IMG/VR virus record: IMGVR_UViG_3300038412_000065
Coordinates: 15,004-79,003 of that record
Length of the DNA: 64,000 bases
Origin: a virus
Strand: one strand, 5' to 3'
Shown here: positions 54,530 to 63,801 of the stretch, piece by piece
Layout: each line of letters starts with the position of its first letter
How positions within the stretch are numbered: the stretch's first letter is position 1
Position numbers and translations under genes: made by a program
Notes under the pieces: model-generated
What the model was told of the DNA's origin: nothing
The model's database searches: none
The model's input: only the letters and a program-made list of their open reading frames with translations

Positions 54530-55137
54530 TCGTCAAGCACCTCAATCAAATCCACGGAGCCGTTCGTGACGTAGCCGCCCGCATTGGCGTCGTCCAGGCT
54601 GTACGGAAGGTAGTCCATGTCGAAACGAACTTGCACGAAGAACTCGCCGGTCCACGTCAGCACCGTGCCGTTGGCTGGCGCCGAGCCGAAGGCTACCGTG
54701 CCGTCAACCTGCGACACGCTGGCCGCCGTGAGCACGCCGTTGACCTTGATCGTAACGCCCGCGTCGGGCTTCGTGACGATCCGCGTGTACGTGGCGGTCG
54801 GGAAGTCCGGCATGCTCGACAGCTTCGACAGCTGGAAGATCGTCGTCGTGCCATCCCCGAGGCCGAAGGGCTCGTCGGTGGCCTGGAAGTCGCCCCAGTC
54901 GCGGTGCAGGAAGGTGTGCAGCTTGCCGCGCACGATGAGGAACACCGCCTTGATCGAGCGATAGGCCGCGTCGGGGATATTGTGGAACGGAGCGGTGTAC
55001 TTGTGGCGGCAGATCGACCACTCGCCGTTGCGCTTCTCGCGGCCCGACGCGATGTTTTGCACGTTCGTCTGGAACTCGGGGCCGCCCGTGAACCCGAAGC
55101 CGGGCGTCGGCGGAATCTGGATCGGGTAGAAAGCCAC
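54526..55137 (-). CDS. distal tail protein (DUF2460-like)
   Basis: GGPEFQT..SGREKRN..W, GDGTT..FQL.K, TGEF.V.VRFD. Confidence 0.85.
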   Translation of the reverse strand: MAFYPIQIPPTPGFGFTGGPEFQTNVQNIASGREKRNGEWSICRHKYTAPFHNIPDAAYRSIKAVFLIVRGKLHTFLHRDWGDFQATDEPFGLGDGTTTIFQLSKLSSMPDFPTATYTRIVTKPDAGVTIKVNGVLTAASVSQVDGTVAFGSAPANGTVLTWTGEFFVQVRFDMDYLPYSLDDANAGGYVTNGSVDLIEVLDE

Positions 55138-58100
55138 TTACCCGTTCCTCGTCGTCGCGAGGCGCTGCGCGCGCGCGTTGGCCGTCGCGATCTGGTCCGC
55201 GGTGCGGCGTGTGCTGGTCGGCTGGACGTAGATGTTGGTCACGATGGTGTTCCCTGCGGCCCGGCCGATCTGGTTGTTCGGCACGACAGTACCGGACTGG
55301 TCGCCCATCAACAAGTACGACCGGCCGCCGACCTGCAGCACCTCGGGGCCATTCTCGGCAACCGGGTGGATCGAGCCGGGCGCCGCAGGGCCGCCGGTGG
55401 CGAGACCCGCGCCGATCGTACCGGGGCCGAACCCGCCGCCGCTGCCCGCGAAGGCGTTGACGAGGTTGCCCGCAAGGCTCGCCCACCCGCCCGCGCTGCT
55501 GCCCGGCGTCGACGACTTCGAGCCACCGCCGGTCGCGGAGAACGAATCGAAGAGCGCCTGGATCGCTTTGTTCGCGACGAACGCGAGGGCCTGCTTGTAC
55601 ATGTCGTCGATCCAGCTGCCGAAGGCACTCTTGGCGCTCTCGGCGCCACTGGTGAAGGCGGTGAAGGCGGTGGTAAAGCCGCCGGTCAGATCGTCGACCA
55701 TCTTCTTGCCCGCCGCCGCGTTGTTCTGCTGCTGCGTCATGAAATCCTCGATCCCGGCGTGCAGCCCGTTCTCCCAGCTACTCTGCGCCGCCTTCATCGC
55801 GTCGAAGTTGTCCTGGGTCGACTGCGCGTCAAGCGCGCCGGCCGCGGTGATCTTGCCGAGCATCTGGAGATGCGTCTCGTCAATCTGCTTGCGCTCGGCC
55901 GCTGTCGCACCGATCTTCACCGCATTGTCGATCGACTGACGGTAGGCGGCGTCCTCGGCCTGGATCTTCTTCTGAGTCGCGGCGGTCACCGCGTCGATCG
56001 CCTGACGCTCGGCGTTCCACTGGCTGCCGTGGCCGACACCTTCGACTGCCGCCGCGTTCTGGCGCGCCCGATCGGCCTGCTCGTTGGCGACCTCCCGATC
56101 CATGTCGGCCAACTTTCGGGCGCCGTCGATCTTGAGGTTCATCAAGCCGACGGCTTGGGTATCGGCGAGGATCTGGCGCTGCGTGGCGATCGCGCTCGCT
56201 TGCTGCGCCGCGGTCATCTTGCGGAACTCGGAGCTGCCGCCGGCCAGCATGAGGTTCAGCGCCTTCTGCGCTTCGCTGTAGCCGTCGGTGCCGGCCAACT
56301 GGCCCCGCAACGTGGCGAGCTGCCCTTCCTGCGAGTTCTTGAGGTTCTTGTACGCCTCGGCCGCTGAGTCGACGGCAGTCTTCGTGTGCTTGTGGCTCGC
56401 GATGATCGCGTCTTGACCCGTCGCGAGCGCCAGAGCCGCCTGATACCGCTCGTCTACGTCCTTTTTGTAGTCGGCGGTGCCGGTTCGGTAACGCTCGTCT
56501 TGCTTAGCCTGGGCGTAGGTGCCCTCGACGACCTCGGCCTTGGTTTTGCCGTTGGTTTGGATGAACTTCAGGGAAGCCGCCCCCGCGGCGTCCATCTGAG
56601 CACCGAGGTCTTTGAAAAACTTGCTCGAAGCCGTCGCCTGCGCCACGAGGTCACCGAGTGACGCCGGCAGTGACGCCAAGCCCTGCAGGGCCGCGAAGGC
56701 ATCCTTGGCGCCATAGACGCGCGTGGCCAGCAAGTCGAGCGCTGGGTTGACGCTATTCATCACCGCGGGGGCGAGTTCCGCCGCCAGCTCCGCCTGCGTT
56801 TTGCTCGCCGCCGCCGTCAGATCGTCAAGCGACCCGCGCGCGTGCGCAATCTTCGCGTCCAGCTCGGCGATCTTGGGGTCGAGCAGCATGCCCGGACCGC
56901 CGCGAGCCGTCGTGCGCTCCTGCTGATCCTGCAGCTCCGCGCGTTTGGCGATGAGGTCGTCTAGCTCCTTGCGCGCCTTACCCGCAGCATCAGCCGCGCT
57001 GTCCAGTCCCGCAGAGAGCGCGCCGGCATCGGGGCGCGTCCGCACGTCATCGTAGGCCGCGGCCATATCTTTGAGGGTCTGAGTGACCTCTTCGTTCCCT
57101 TTCGCAACCTCGTCCGCTTTCTTGAGGTAGTCCTCCCAATCCTTGTTGACCTTGTAGATCGCGTAGCTCACGCCGGCAATCGCTGCGATGGCCAGGCCCC
57201 ACGGCCCGCCGACCAGCCCGAGCGCGAAGCTACCGAACGACTTGGCGGCGCGGCCGGCCGTAGCTGCCAGGCCACCGAGGGCCGCTTCTGCCGCCTTCGT
57301 CTCGGCCACGCGGGCCTGCGCCGCAGCGACGGCGGTCTCGGCGGCGGCGAGCCGACCCTGAGCGGCGGTGAGCCGCGTCGAGATGCCCGTACCGAGCGCC
57401 ATCTCCGCGTTGACCCGCGCCTGCGCCTCGGTGGCCGCCGTGATGGCGAGCGCCAGACGCTCTTCTGCGGCCTCCATGACGATTGCCGAGCGCGAGGCTT
57501 CATTGAGCGCCAGCTGCTTCGCTTTCAGCGCGATGGCGCTTTCGGCCTGAGTCTGAGCCTCAAACTGGATGGCTTGATTCTGCGCGATGAGCTGCGCGCC
57601 ATTGGCCTGCCGGGCAACCAGCATCTCTTTCTGTGCTGCAGCGGCGGCCTGCTCGGCGGCCGCCGTCGCGGCAATCTTCTCGGCGTAGGCAGCCTCGGCT
57701 GCTGCTGCCTGCCGGGCGCCCTGGTACTCCTGCTGCAGCCGGACAACCTTGCTGGCGCCGGTGTTCGCCGCGCCGCCGGCAATGCGTGCGAGACCGCCAG
57801 CACCGATCAGCGTGACGAGGCTGGCCACGCGGGCAAGGTTGTCCGCCAGCAGACCGGCGCCAGCTGTCGCAGCGTCATTGAACAGGCCGCCGCTGACTTC
57901 CGTCTTGAGGTTGAACCAGGCGGTCTGGACGCGATTGAGGTTGGCGTTCAGGCCGTTACTCGCATCCTCCCAGCCGCGGCCGGACTGCTGCAGCGCCTGG
58001 ACGAGCGCCGGCAGGAACTTCGACGTGGTGAGCGCGCCGGCCTCAAGCAGCTGATCGAACGACTTGCCAGCGAGGTCCGTGCCCTTGGTCATCTCCATGA

Positions 58101-58689
58101 CGGCGTTCTGGAAGCGCTGAGCTGCACCGGGGATGGCCTGGCCCAGCTGCAGCCGCAGCTCCTGCGCCTGGATTTTTCCCTTGGCGAACATCTGCTCCAG
58201 CGCCAGCAGCGCGCGACTGCTCTGCGTCGTGCTCAGGTGCAGCGACGTCGCCGACTTGGCGTAGGCGTCAAACAGCTCCTGCTGATCCTTCATACTCACG
58301 CCGGCAGCGGTTGCCGACGCCGAGAGGTTGGCGAAACCCTGCGCCGCGTCGGGCATCACGAGGCCGAGCTTGGCCGCCTCGCCGGTCACGAAGCTCATCG
58401 CGTTGGCGGCTTGAGCCGAACTGCCGGTCGCCGCGATGAGGGTGTAATGGATGGCCTGCAGCTGCTTCTGGGCGTCGATCAGCGAGCTGAGACCTTCCTT
58501 GACCAGGTAGAAGCTGCCGAAGGTCTCGGCCGCACGCTTCAAGCCCAGCAGCACGCTGGCCGTCTCGCCGGCTTTCTTGCTGATTGCCGAGAGCGAGGTG
58601 TTGGCCTGCGACGCGGCTTGCACCATACCCGACCGGAAAGCCGTGGAGTTCAGTCGGAGTACGGTGTCAAGGGTCGCTACGGTGGGCAT
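55138..58689 (-). CDS. tape measure protein
   Basis: 1183 aa Ala-rich; QMFAKGKIQAQELR.QL domain; GLATGG..V.ENGPE C-terminus. Confidence 0.93.
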   Translation of the reverse strand: MPTVATLDTVLRLNSTAFRSGMVQAASQANTSLSAISKKAGETASVLLGLKRAAETFGSFYLVKEGLSSLIDAQKQLQAIHYTLIAATGSSAQAANAMSFVTGEAAKLGLVMPDAAQGFANLSASATAAGVSMKDQQELFDAYAKSATSLHLSTTQSSRALLALEQMFAKGKIQAQELRLQLGQAIPGAAQRFQNAVMEMTKGTDLAGKSFDQLLEAGALTTSKFLPALVQALQQSGRGWEDASNGLNANLNRVQTAWFNLKTEVSGGLFNDAATAGAGLLADNLARVASLVTLIGAGGLARIAGGAANTGASKVVRLQQEYQGARQAAAAEAAYAEKIAATAAAEQAAAAAQKEMLVARQANGAQLIAQNQAIQFEAQTQAESAIALKAKQLALNEASRSAIVMEAAEERLALAITAATEAQARVNAEMALGTGISTRLTAAQGRLAAAETAVAAAQARVAETKAAEAALGGLAATAGRAAKSFGSFALGLVGGPWGLAIAAIAGVSYAIYKVNKDWEDYLKKADEVAKGNEEVTQTLKDMAAAYDDVRTRPDAGALSAGLDSAADAAGKARKELDDLIAKRAELQDQQERTTARGGPGMLLDPKIAELDAKIAHARGSLDDLTAAASKTQAELAAELAPAVMNSVNPALDLLATRVYGAKDAFAALQGLASLPASLGDLVAQATASSKFFKDLGAQMDAAGAASLKFIQTNGKTKAEVVEGTYAQAKQDERYRTGTADYKKDVDERYQAALALATGQDAIIASHKHTKTAVDSAAEAYKNLKNSQEGQLATLRGQLAGTDGYSEAQKALNLMLAGGSSEFRKMTAAQQASAIATQRQILADTQAVGLMNLKIDGARKLADMDREVANEQADRARQNAAAVEGVGHGSQWNAERQAIDAVTAATQKKIQAEDAAYRQSIDNAVKIGATAAERKQIDETHLQMLGKITAAGALDAQSTQDNFDAMKAAQSSWENGLHAGIEDFMTQQQNNAAAGKKMVDDLTGGFTTAFTAFTSGAESAKSAFGSWIDDMYKQALAFVANKAIQALFDSFSATGGGSKSSTPGSSAGGWASLAGNLVNAFAGSGGGFGPGTIGAGLATGGPAAPGSIHPVAENGPEVLQVGGRSYLLMGDQSGTVVPNNQIGRAAGNTIVTNIYVQPTSTRRTADQIATANARAQRLATTRNG

Positions 58690-58933
58690 TGGCCGCCTCG
58701 AAAGCTCGGGTGAATGGGGACTTCAATTTGTCCAGTCGCGCCTGCTCTTCAGCTTGCTGGCGCTGCTTGCGAGCCTCTTCGCCCTCCGGGTCCGCCTCGA
58801 TACGACCGTAGACCTCGATCTCTGTCAGTTGCTGGGACGTCAGCCCCTCCAGCATCAAGCTGGGGTGGGCGTGTCCGAGTCGCCAGGCGAGCTGGAAGGC
58901 TGATCGGAAACGGACGTCCCCTCGGATTTTCCC
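58667..58933 (-). CDS. tail assembly chaperone gpT part, expressed by -1 frameshift
   Basis: Slippery G GGA AAA at 58927-58933; -1 frame reads KIRGDVRFRSAFQLAWRLGHAHPSLMLEGLTSQQLTEI. Confidence 0.8.
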   Translation of the reverse strand, partial: GKIRGDVRFRSAFQLAWRLGHAHPSLMLEGLTSQQLTEIEVYGRIEADPEGEEARKQRQQAEEQARLDKLKSPFTRAFEAANAHRSDP

Positions 58934-59265
58934 TCGGTCGCGGCGACCGCCTCGGCGCCGATCCCGTTGAGGCGCGAAGCCACGTCGTTGAGCTTCTGGA
59001 TCGTCGGGCGGGCGAACATGCCGACCTCTTCCGTCGTGAGCAACGGCTTGCCGTCCTCACCGATCAACGTCCTGGCCACGAGGCCCGCCCAGTATTCCTT
59101 GACGTCGACTTCGCCATTCGGCCATGCGACCCGCTCCCAGTCCAACCGATCGTTGGCTGATAGGGTAGTGAGCACGACATCGCCGCCGAGTTCTTCGACG
59201 TAGACGGTTTCGGTGGGCAGCTTCGTGGCTGCGTCGAGCAGCTGTTCACGGGTGAGACGGGACAT
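58855..59265 (-). CDS. tail assembly chaperone gpG
   Basis: Between tail tube and tape measure; LTREQLL..ETV.VEELGG. Confidence 0.85.
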   Translation of the reverse strand: MSRLTREQLLDAATKLPTETVYVEELGGDVVLTTLSANDRLDWERVAWPNGEVDVKEYWAGLVARTLIGEDGKPLLTTEEVGMFARPTIQKLNDVASRLNGIGAEAVAATEGKSEGTSVSDQPSSSPGDSDTPTPA

Positions 59266-59289
59266 GGCAGGTTCCGATCAGTGAAGGGG

Positions 59290-59314
59290 AAAAAGACCGG
59301 CCCCGAAGGGCCGG
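59290..59314 (-). terminator. intrinsic terminator after major tail gene
   Basis: Minus strand CCGGCCC-ttcg-GGGCCGG-tc-TTTTT. Confidence 0.8.
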
Positions 59315-59331
59315 CAAGATGCCGCCGGGAA

Positions 59332-59874
59332 TTACGTGGTCGGGCCGCCGGTGCCGCTCCAGACCTGCACGCCGGACGGGCGGATGGTAGCGGTGAACAT
59401 CATCACCGCATCGGTGCCGCCGGTCACGCCGAACTTCTTGATCGTCGCCGAGTAGGAGAGGATCGAGCCGTCCGAATAGGTGTTGCGGAACATGAAGGTG
59501 CCCGCCGCGCCCGCGTTGTCACGCAAGGCGTTCTGGCCCGCGCTGAGCACGACGCGCTGACCGGTCAACGTGACGTTCTGGCTGTCCTTCAGGCCCGCGA
59601 TGTATTCCTTCGCCGTCGACTGCAAGTTGGTAGCGTCGAGATCCGAGGCTTCCTGACTGACGTCGGGGATATCGGTGTTCTGGCTGACTTCGAGGTAAGT
59701 GGCGCCAGCGTCCACGCTGACTTCCAGCAGGAAGCCCTGCGTGCTGACGGCGGCGTTCTTGGCGCCGTAACGCAGGCCGGTGTGCCGGATGATGCGACGC
59801 GGGCCGGCGATCATCTCGACCAGCGCGACGAGAGCCCGGACGATCAGGGCGTAGAAGGTGGAGAGCTGTTTCAT
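59332..59874 (-). CDS. major tail tube protein
   Basis: LDATNLQSTAKEYIAGLKD; GAGG RBS; position. Confidence 0.85.
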   Translation of the reverse strand: MKQLSTFYALIVRALVALVEMIAGPRRIIRHTGLRYGAKNAAVSTQGFLLEVSVDAGATYLEVSQNTDIPDVSQEASDLDATNLQSTAKEYIAGLKDSQNVTLTGQRVVLSAGQNALRDNAGAAGTFMFRNTYSDGSILSYSATIKKFGVTGGTDAVMMFTATIRPSGVQVWSGTGGPTT

Positions 59875-59895
59875 GTCGGTGGTCCTCGGTGATGG

Positions 59896-60231
59896 TTAGG
59901 GAAGCCAGGCTGCAACGTCGAAGCTGACGCGATGGAGCTTCGTGTCCTCTTCGTAGTCGTCTGGGTTGTCCGTGATGCTCCCGACATTCAGCCCCGAACG
60001 CAAGGCTACCTTAGCCTGCGCGGCGAGTCCATCGGCTTGAGCATATGTCAGCGCCCACACGTCGATCTGCCGGCGCCCGCGATAGGGGCCTGCACCGCGC
60101 AAGTTCTCGTTGTCGCTCCCGGCGACCTTCTGGTAGGTGATCCGGGGACGCGAAGCGGGATTGGCGTCGCCGAATGGCGTCGTGGGGGCGAGCGGGGTCA
60201 GCGCAGTGACGATCAGGGTTTCGAGGCTCAT
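59896..60231 (-). CDS. tail terminator (DUF3168-like)
   Basis: PRITYQ, QIDVWA.TY..A, DYEEDTKLHR. Confidence 0.8.
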   Translation of the reverse strand: MSLETLIVTALTPLAPTTPFGDANPASRPRITYQKVAGSDNENLRGAGPYRGRRQIDVWALTYAQADGLAAQAKVALRSGLNVGSITDNPDDYEEDTKLHRVSFDVAAWLP

Positions 60232-60647
60232 AGCGGTCGGCCCCATTCCAGCTCGATGATGCCCTGCAGCGTATCAGCCATGACGGTCACCGCCTCTTGG
60301 GCCTTGCCTTCCGCGGCCGGCCGCATGAAGGGGTACGCGCGCGAGCGCGAGGTGCCGTACTCGACGAACCGGCCGTAGAATGCCATGCCCTTCAGGTCGA
60401 CGCTGAAGACAATGTTGTCGCCCATGATCCCGCGGTCATGGGTATAGAGCGAGCGAGCCATCAAGCCGGTGATCTTGGCGGGAAACGCGGGATGCCCGGC
60501 TTTCACCAGCACTCGCGCCTCGCGCAGGATCACGTTGGCGCCCTGGCGCAGCGCCTTGCGTCCGGCAGCGCGCGCAACCGTCGTGCCCATCTGCAGCAGA
60601 TGCTGCTCGAAGGCGGCCAGATTGGGCGTCTCGAAGTTAAAGTCCAT
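60228..60647 (-). CDS. HK97 gp10-like neck protein
   Basis: FYGRFVEYGTS..AYPFMRPA. Confidence 0.88.
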   Translation of the reverse strand: MDFNFETPNLAAFEQHLLQMGTTVARAAGRKALRQGANVILREARVLVKAGHPAFPAKITGLMARSLYTHDRGIMGDNIVFSVDLKGMAFYGRFVEYGTSRSRAYPFMRPAAEGKAQEAVTVMADTLQGIIELEWGRPL

Positions 60648-61005
60648 CGGAGGGCCCCACGATCGCCAGCAGCGTCACCATCTCCCCGCCATTGCTCTCG
60701 CGGATGACCTTGATGTCGTAGACGCGGCCCGAGGGGCGCCGGAAGCGCCACTTCATCGGGCTAGCGTCCATGTCGAGGCCCGGGTAGGGAAACAACGTGA
60801 CCTCCACAATGTCGGTGCCGGTGTCCGCGCCGGCCAGGACTTTCTCGCCGCCGCCACGCATTGACTTGAGGCTGGGCGGGTCGATCGAGGACCAGACCGA
60901 CTTCGGCTCGGCCACCCAGGACGTGATCGGCGTGCCGTAGGCATCGGTGCCCGATGTGACGAGCTGCTCCAGCGTGATCTCGTGCGGCAGGCGGCCGGCG
61001 CGCAC
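60637..61005 (-). CDS. head closure / head-tail adaptor (SPP1 gp16-like)
   Basis: RAGRL.H.ITL..DAYG.P..W, RVYDI. Confidence 0.8.
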   Translation of the reverse strand: MRAGRLPHEITLEQLVTSGTDAYGTPITSWVAEPKSVWSSIDPPSLKSMRGGGEKVLAGADTGTDIVEVTLFPYPGLDMDASPMKWRFRRPSGRVYDIKVIRESNGGEMVTLLAIVGPSDGL

Positions 61006-61006
61006 G

Positions 61007-61504
61007 TCAGACTCCCTGCTGCACGCGGTCGGGGAAGAGAAGCGCGGTCACGCCGAACGGCAGCTCGATCGCGTTGCTCAGCTCGGTGATGACGTACTCG
61101 CGATTGACCGCCCAGCCGGCGAACAGCAGGATCACGGCCTGGATGAAGGTCTCGTTGGCGACCATGCCGAACCAGATCGCCCGATCGGCTTTCTTCGCCT
61201 CGTTCCAGTCATGGCTCAGCTTCTCGAACGCGAGGGCTGCCAGATCAGTCGTCGAAGTGGTGCCGACGACCATCGCCTGCCAAGCGGTGTATGCCGCGTC
61301 GTAGGCCGCGGCTGCAGCAGATAACGCTGCCGGAGCAGTCGCCCTGGCTGCGTCGAGCGCGGTCTGATCGGCATAGACGTTACGATTGAGGAAGTTGCAG
61401 CAGTGGCGCTCAGCGGCATCCAAGTAACCTTGGAGCAACACGTCTTCGCTGGCCCAAGTAATGCGACCCTGTGCCTTGGCCTGGTCCAGCGTCACGATGC
61501 TCAT
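61007..61504 (-). CDS. head-tail connector (HK97 gp6-like)
   Basis: VTLDQAK..ED.LLQGYL.AAE..FLNR; QAVILL..W..NRE..LPFGV..LL. Confidence 0.85.
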   Translation of the reverse strand: MSIVTLDQAKAQGRITWASEDVLLQGYLDAAERHCCNFLNRNVYADQTALDAARATAPAALSAAAAAYDAAYTAWQAMVVGTTSTTDLAALAFEKLSHDWNEAKKADRAIWFGMVANETFIQAVILLFAGWAVNREYVITELSNAIELPFGVTALLFPDRVQQGV

Positions 61505-62034
61505 GCGAGATGCCCTACGTAGGACGCCGGGTTGGCGTGGCCCCACCGGTACAGGTGGAACAGGTATAGGCCCAATGCTACCCCAACGCGGCCACCGTTT
61601 GCACGGGCTGCATCGCAGAAGAGCTGGTCGAAGTGGATCGAGCGCTCGGGGAACGGGTGCGCCAGCCAGGTCTGCTTCGAGAACAGCATGAGCATGCCGG
61701 CGGCCGGGCCGATCATCGGCTTGACCGCCGTTCCGTGCTCGTTCCAGCGGCTCTTGGCGATGGCGACGTGCTGGCCGATGTCCGCCTCCTCGCTGAGCCG
61801 GCCGCCGTGCAGCTGCTCGGGCGAGCGGATGCGATTGGTCATGGCGCCGATCACCGCGAAGTTGTCCCGCTGAGCCTCCACGATGGCTTCGATCTGCTTG
61901 CCCCACTGCGGCATCAGGAACAACGTGTCGCCGTCGCGCGCGCAGATCCAGGCGTCGTCAGGCAGCCGCTCGATGGCCGCGTTCAGGCCGCCGCCGATGT
62001 TGCCGGTCACCCATGGAACGACATGGTGGATCAC
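61501..62034 (-). CDS. GT-A fold glycosyltransferase-like protein
   Basis: GGLNAAI..DAWICARDGDTLF (DxD), AGMLMLFSKQTW, YLFH.YR; GTGA/ATGA coupling. Confidence 0.7.
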   Translation of the reverse strand: MIHHVVPWVTGNIGGGLNAAIERLPDDAWICARDGDTLFLMPQWGKQIEAIVEAQRDNFAVIGAMTNRIRSPEQLHGGRLSEEADIGQHVAIAKSRWNEHGTAVKPMIGPAAGMLMLFSKQTWLAHPFPERSIHFDQLFCDAARANGGRVGVALGLYLFHLYRWGHANPASYVGHLA

Positions 62035-62948
62035 GATGCGGACTCCAGAACCTGACGGCGGATCTCGTTTATCTGGTCGAGATGGTAGTGCTTGCGGACG
62101 TGCTCGGCGAGCGCGGCGCCAGCGTCCTCGGCGAACCGCGGGTAGGCCGCCAGTGCGCGCATGTGATCGTGCCAGTCCTGCGCGCTGCTGGCGTAGAGGA
62201 CGTGGCGGTCGTCCGCCGGATTGCGGTAGGGGCGCACGTCCGAAGCGATCAGCGGCAGGCCCTTGGCGCCGGCCTCCAGCGTCTTGAGGTTCGACTTGCA
62301 CCGGTTGAACGGGTTGTCGAGCAGCGGCGCCAGCGCAGCCATATGGCCGTCATAGAGCCGCATGTAGTCGGCTGCCGGGCGGCTGGCCTGCTGCTTTGCC
62401 TGCGGCACGAGCGCGTGCATCCGCTTCCACTCGGGGTGCGCGTCGACCCCGGCAATCGTGACGGTCTCCTGATCGAAGACGCTGCGCAGCGCCGAAACGT
62501 CGGGGACGTGACTCGGCCCGGCGGCATAGACGAAGGTGTCACCCGGCGTGCGCGAGCGCGTGAACTGACCGACATCGAAGGGCAGCGCATTGGGCACGAC
62601 GACCACGTTGGGGTTGACCGCCGCGACGTGCGCAGCCAAGTCATCGTTGGTGACCATCACCACATCTGCCGCGGCAAGGCAGGCGCGGATGCGTGCCGGC
62701 GTGCCGCTGATCGCCCAAGCCCGCGCCAGATAATGCTCGGGCGGCAAGTCCCACAAGTCGTCGAGGTCGGCGACGATGCGGAAGCCCGCGCGCCGCTTCT
62801 GCTCAAGGAAGGCCGGGCCACCCGGGACGTGGCGGTTGAACACCAGCGTCGGCACCTTGAGGTCGAGTTTCAGGGGCGCGAAGGGGAGCGCCAGCCGGTG
62901 GTATCCGCAGGACGTGCGGACGTCACCGTGCAGCTCAAGCAAGGTCAT
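62031..62948 (-). CDS. GT-B fold (GT4-like) glycosyltransferase
   Basis: YHRL..P, DLDDLW, ADVV.VT..LA, VVPNAL, LAPL..NPFNRCKSNLK.LEAG..GLPLIASD..PY. Confidence 0.88.
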   Translation of the reverse strand: MTLLELHGDVRTSCGYHRLALPFAPLKLDLKVPTLVFNRHVPGGPAFLEQKRRAGFRIVADLDDLWDLPPEHYLARAWAISGTPARIRACLAAADVVMVTNDDLAAHVAAVNPNVVVVPNALPFDVGQFTRSRTPGDTFVYAAGPSHVPDVSALRSVFDQETVTIAGVDAHPEWKRMHALVPQAKQQASRPAADYMRLYDGHMAALAPLLDNPFNRCKSNLKTLEAGAKGLPLIASDVRPYRNPADDRHVLYASSAQDWHDHMRALAAYPRFAEDAGAALAEHVRKHYHLDQINEIRRQVLESAS

Positions 62949-63580
62949 GCGGGCGCTCTCGGATAGGGGTAGTAGAGCTGCGGGGAGCCGATCTCGGCCA
63001 GCCAGGTCGGACGATTGGCCATGATCCCTGCAGTCTTCTCTTCGACGCTCAAGTTGGGCTTCGGGTACTCGCCGTAGACATCCTGGCTATGAATGTAGGA
63101 CGAAGCGCGGATCGGCGAGGGGAACTCAGACAAGCCCAAGGCCCGACGCACGCGGTCGTTACGGCCGGCGTCTTCGTACCCGTAGCGGGTATATGCCTCG
63201 TTGTAATAGCCCACGCGGTCGATCATGGCGCGCGTCTGGAAACTGAAGCAGCCAACGGCCGAGTCCCAGAGGTTCATCTCGCGATCGGTAGCCATCAGTC
63301 GGCTCTTGAAGATCTCGGGCAGCCCGAGGAAGTCGAGGTTGTGCTCCTGCGACTGCGCAATGAAATATTCAGCCCAGCCGGGCATCACGGGGTAGCAGTC
63401 ATCATCGAACAGGAAAAAGTAGTCGCAGCCTTCGACGTACAGCTGGCGCAACACTTCATTACGGGAATACGCGGCTCCGCGTCTTCCCATATCGGTAAAA
63501 GTCATGGTGACCGCGCCAGGGGGCGCGAGCAGCGGATGGAGCGGCCGAAGCCCGCAGGTGATCGTGCCGATGCCGATCAT
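62945..63580 (-). CDS. GT-A fold (GT2-like) glycosyltransferase
   Basis: GAAYSRN, YFFLFDDDCYP, VGYYNE.Y..YGYED. Confidence 0.85.
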   Translation of the reverse strand: MIGIGTITCGLRPLHPLLAPPGAVTMTFTDMGRRGAAYSRNEVLRQLYVEGCDYFFLFDDDCYPVMPGWAEYFIAQSQEHNLDFLGLPEIFKSRLMATDREMNLWDSAVGCFSFQTRAMIDRVGYYNEAYTRYGYEDAGRNDRVRRALGLSEFPSPIRASSYIHSQDVYGEYPKPNLSVEEKTAGIMANRPTWLAEIGSPQLYYPYPRAPA

Positions 63581-63720
63581 TTGTTGCGGCGCTGCTTGGC
63601 GGCATCTTTGTTCTGCGGCGCATGGCGCAGCATTTTCTCGTCCGGCGCTGGAGCGCGCTGGGGTTTCTTCGGCTTGAGCTTGAGCGGCGGGCAGACCCGC
63701 TGCACGACTTCATAGGACAT
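63577..63720 (-). CDS. small basic protein after the capsid gene (47 aa)
   Basis: GGAG RBS; ..APQNK.. ending; ATGA overlap with the glycosyltransferase. Confidence 0.55.
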   Translation of the reverse strand: MSYEVVQRVCPPLKLKPKKPQRAPAPDEKMLRHAPQNKDAAKQRRNK

Positions 63721-63801
63721 GGTGCTACTCCCGGCTTGGAAGGGAGGCGAGGCGCCCTAAGACGCCCCGCCCTCCAACATCTTCGTCCCTGCCGACGGAG
63801 A

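Noticed and set aside
61501..63580. gtrABC-type O-antigen conversion locus
   Set aside because: No membrane proteins, and the genes are coupled inside the late head operon rather than near att
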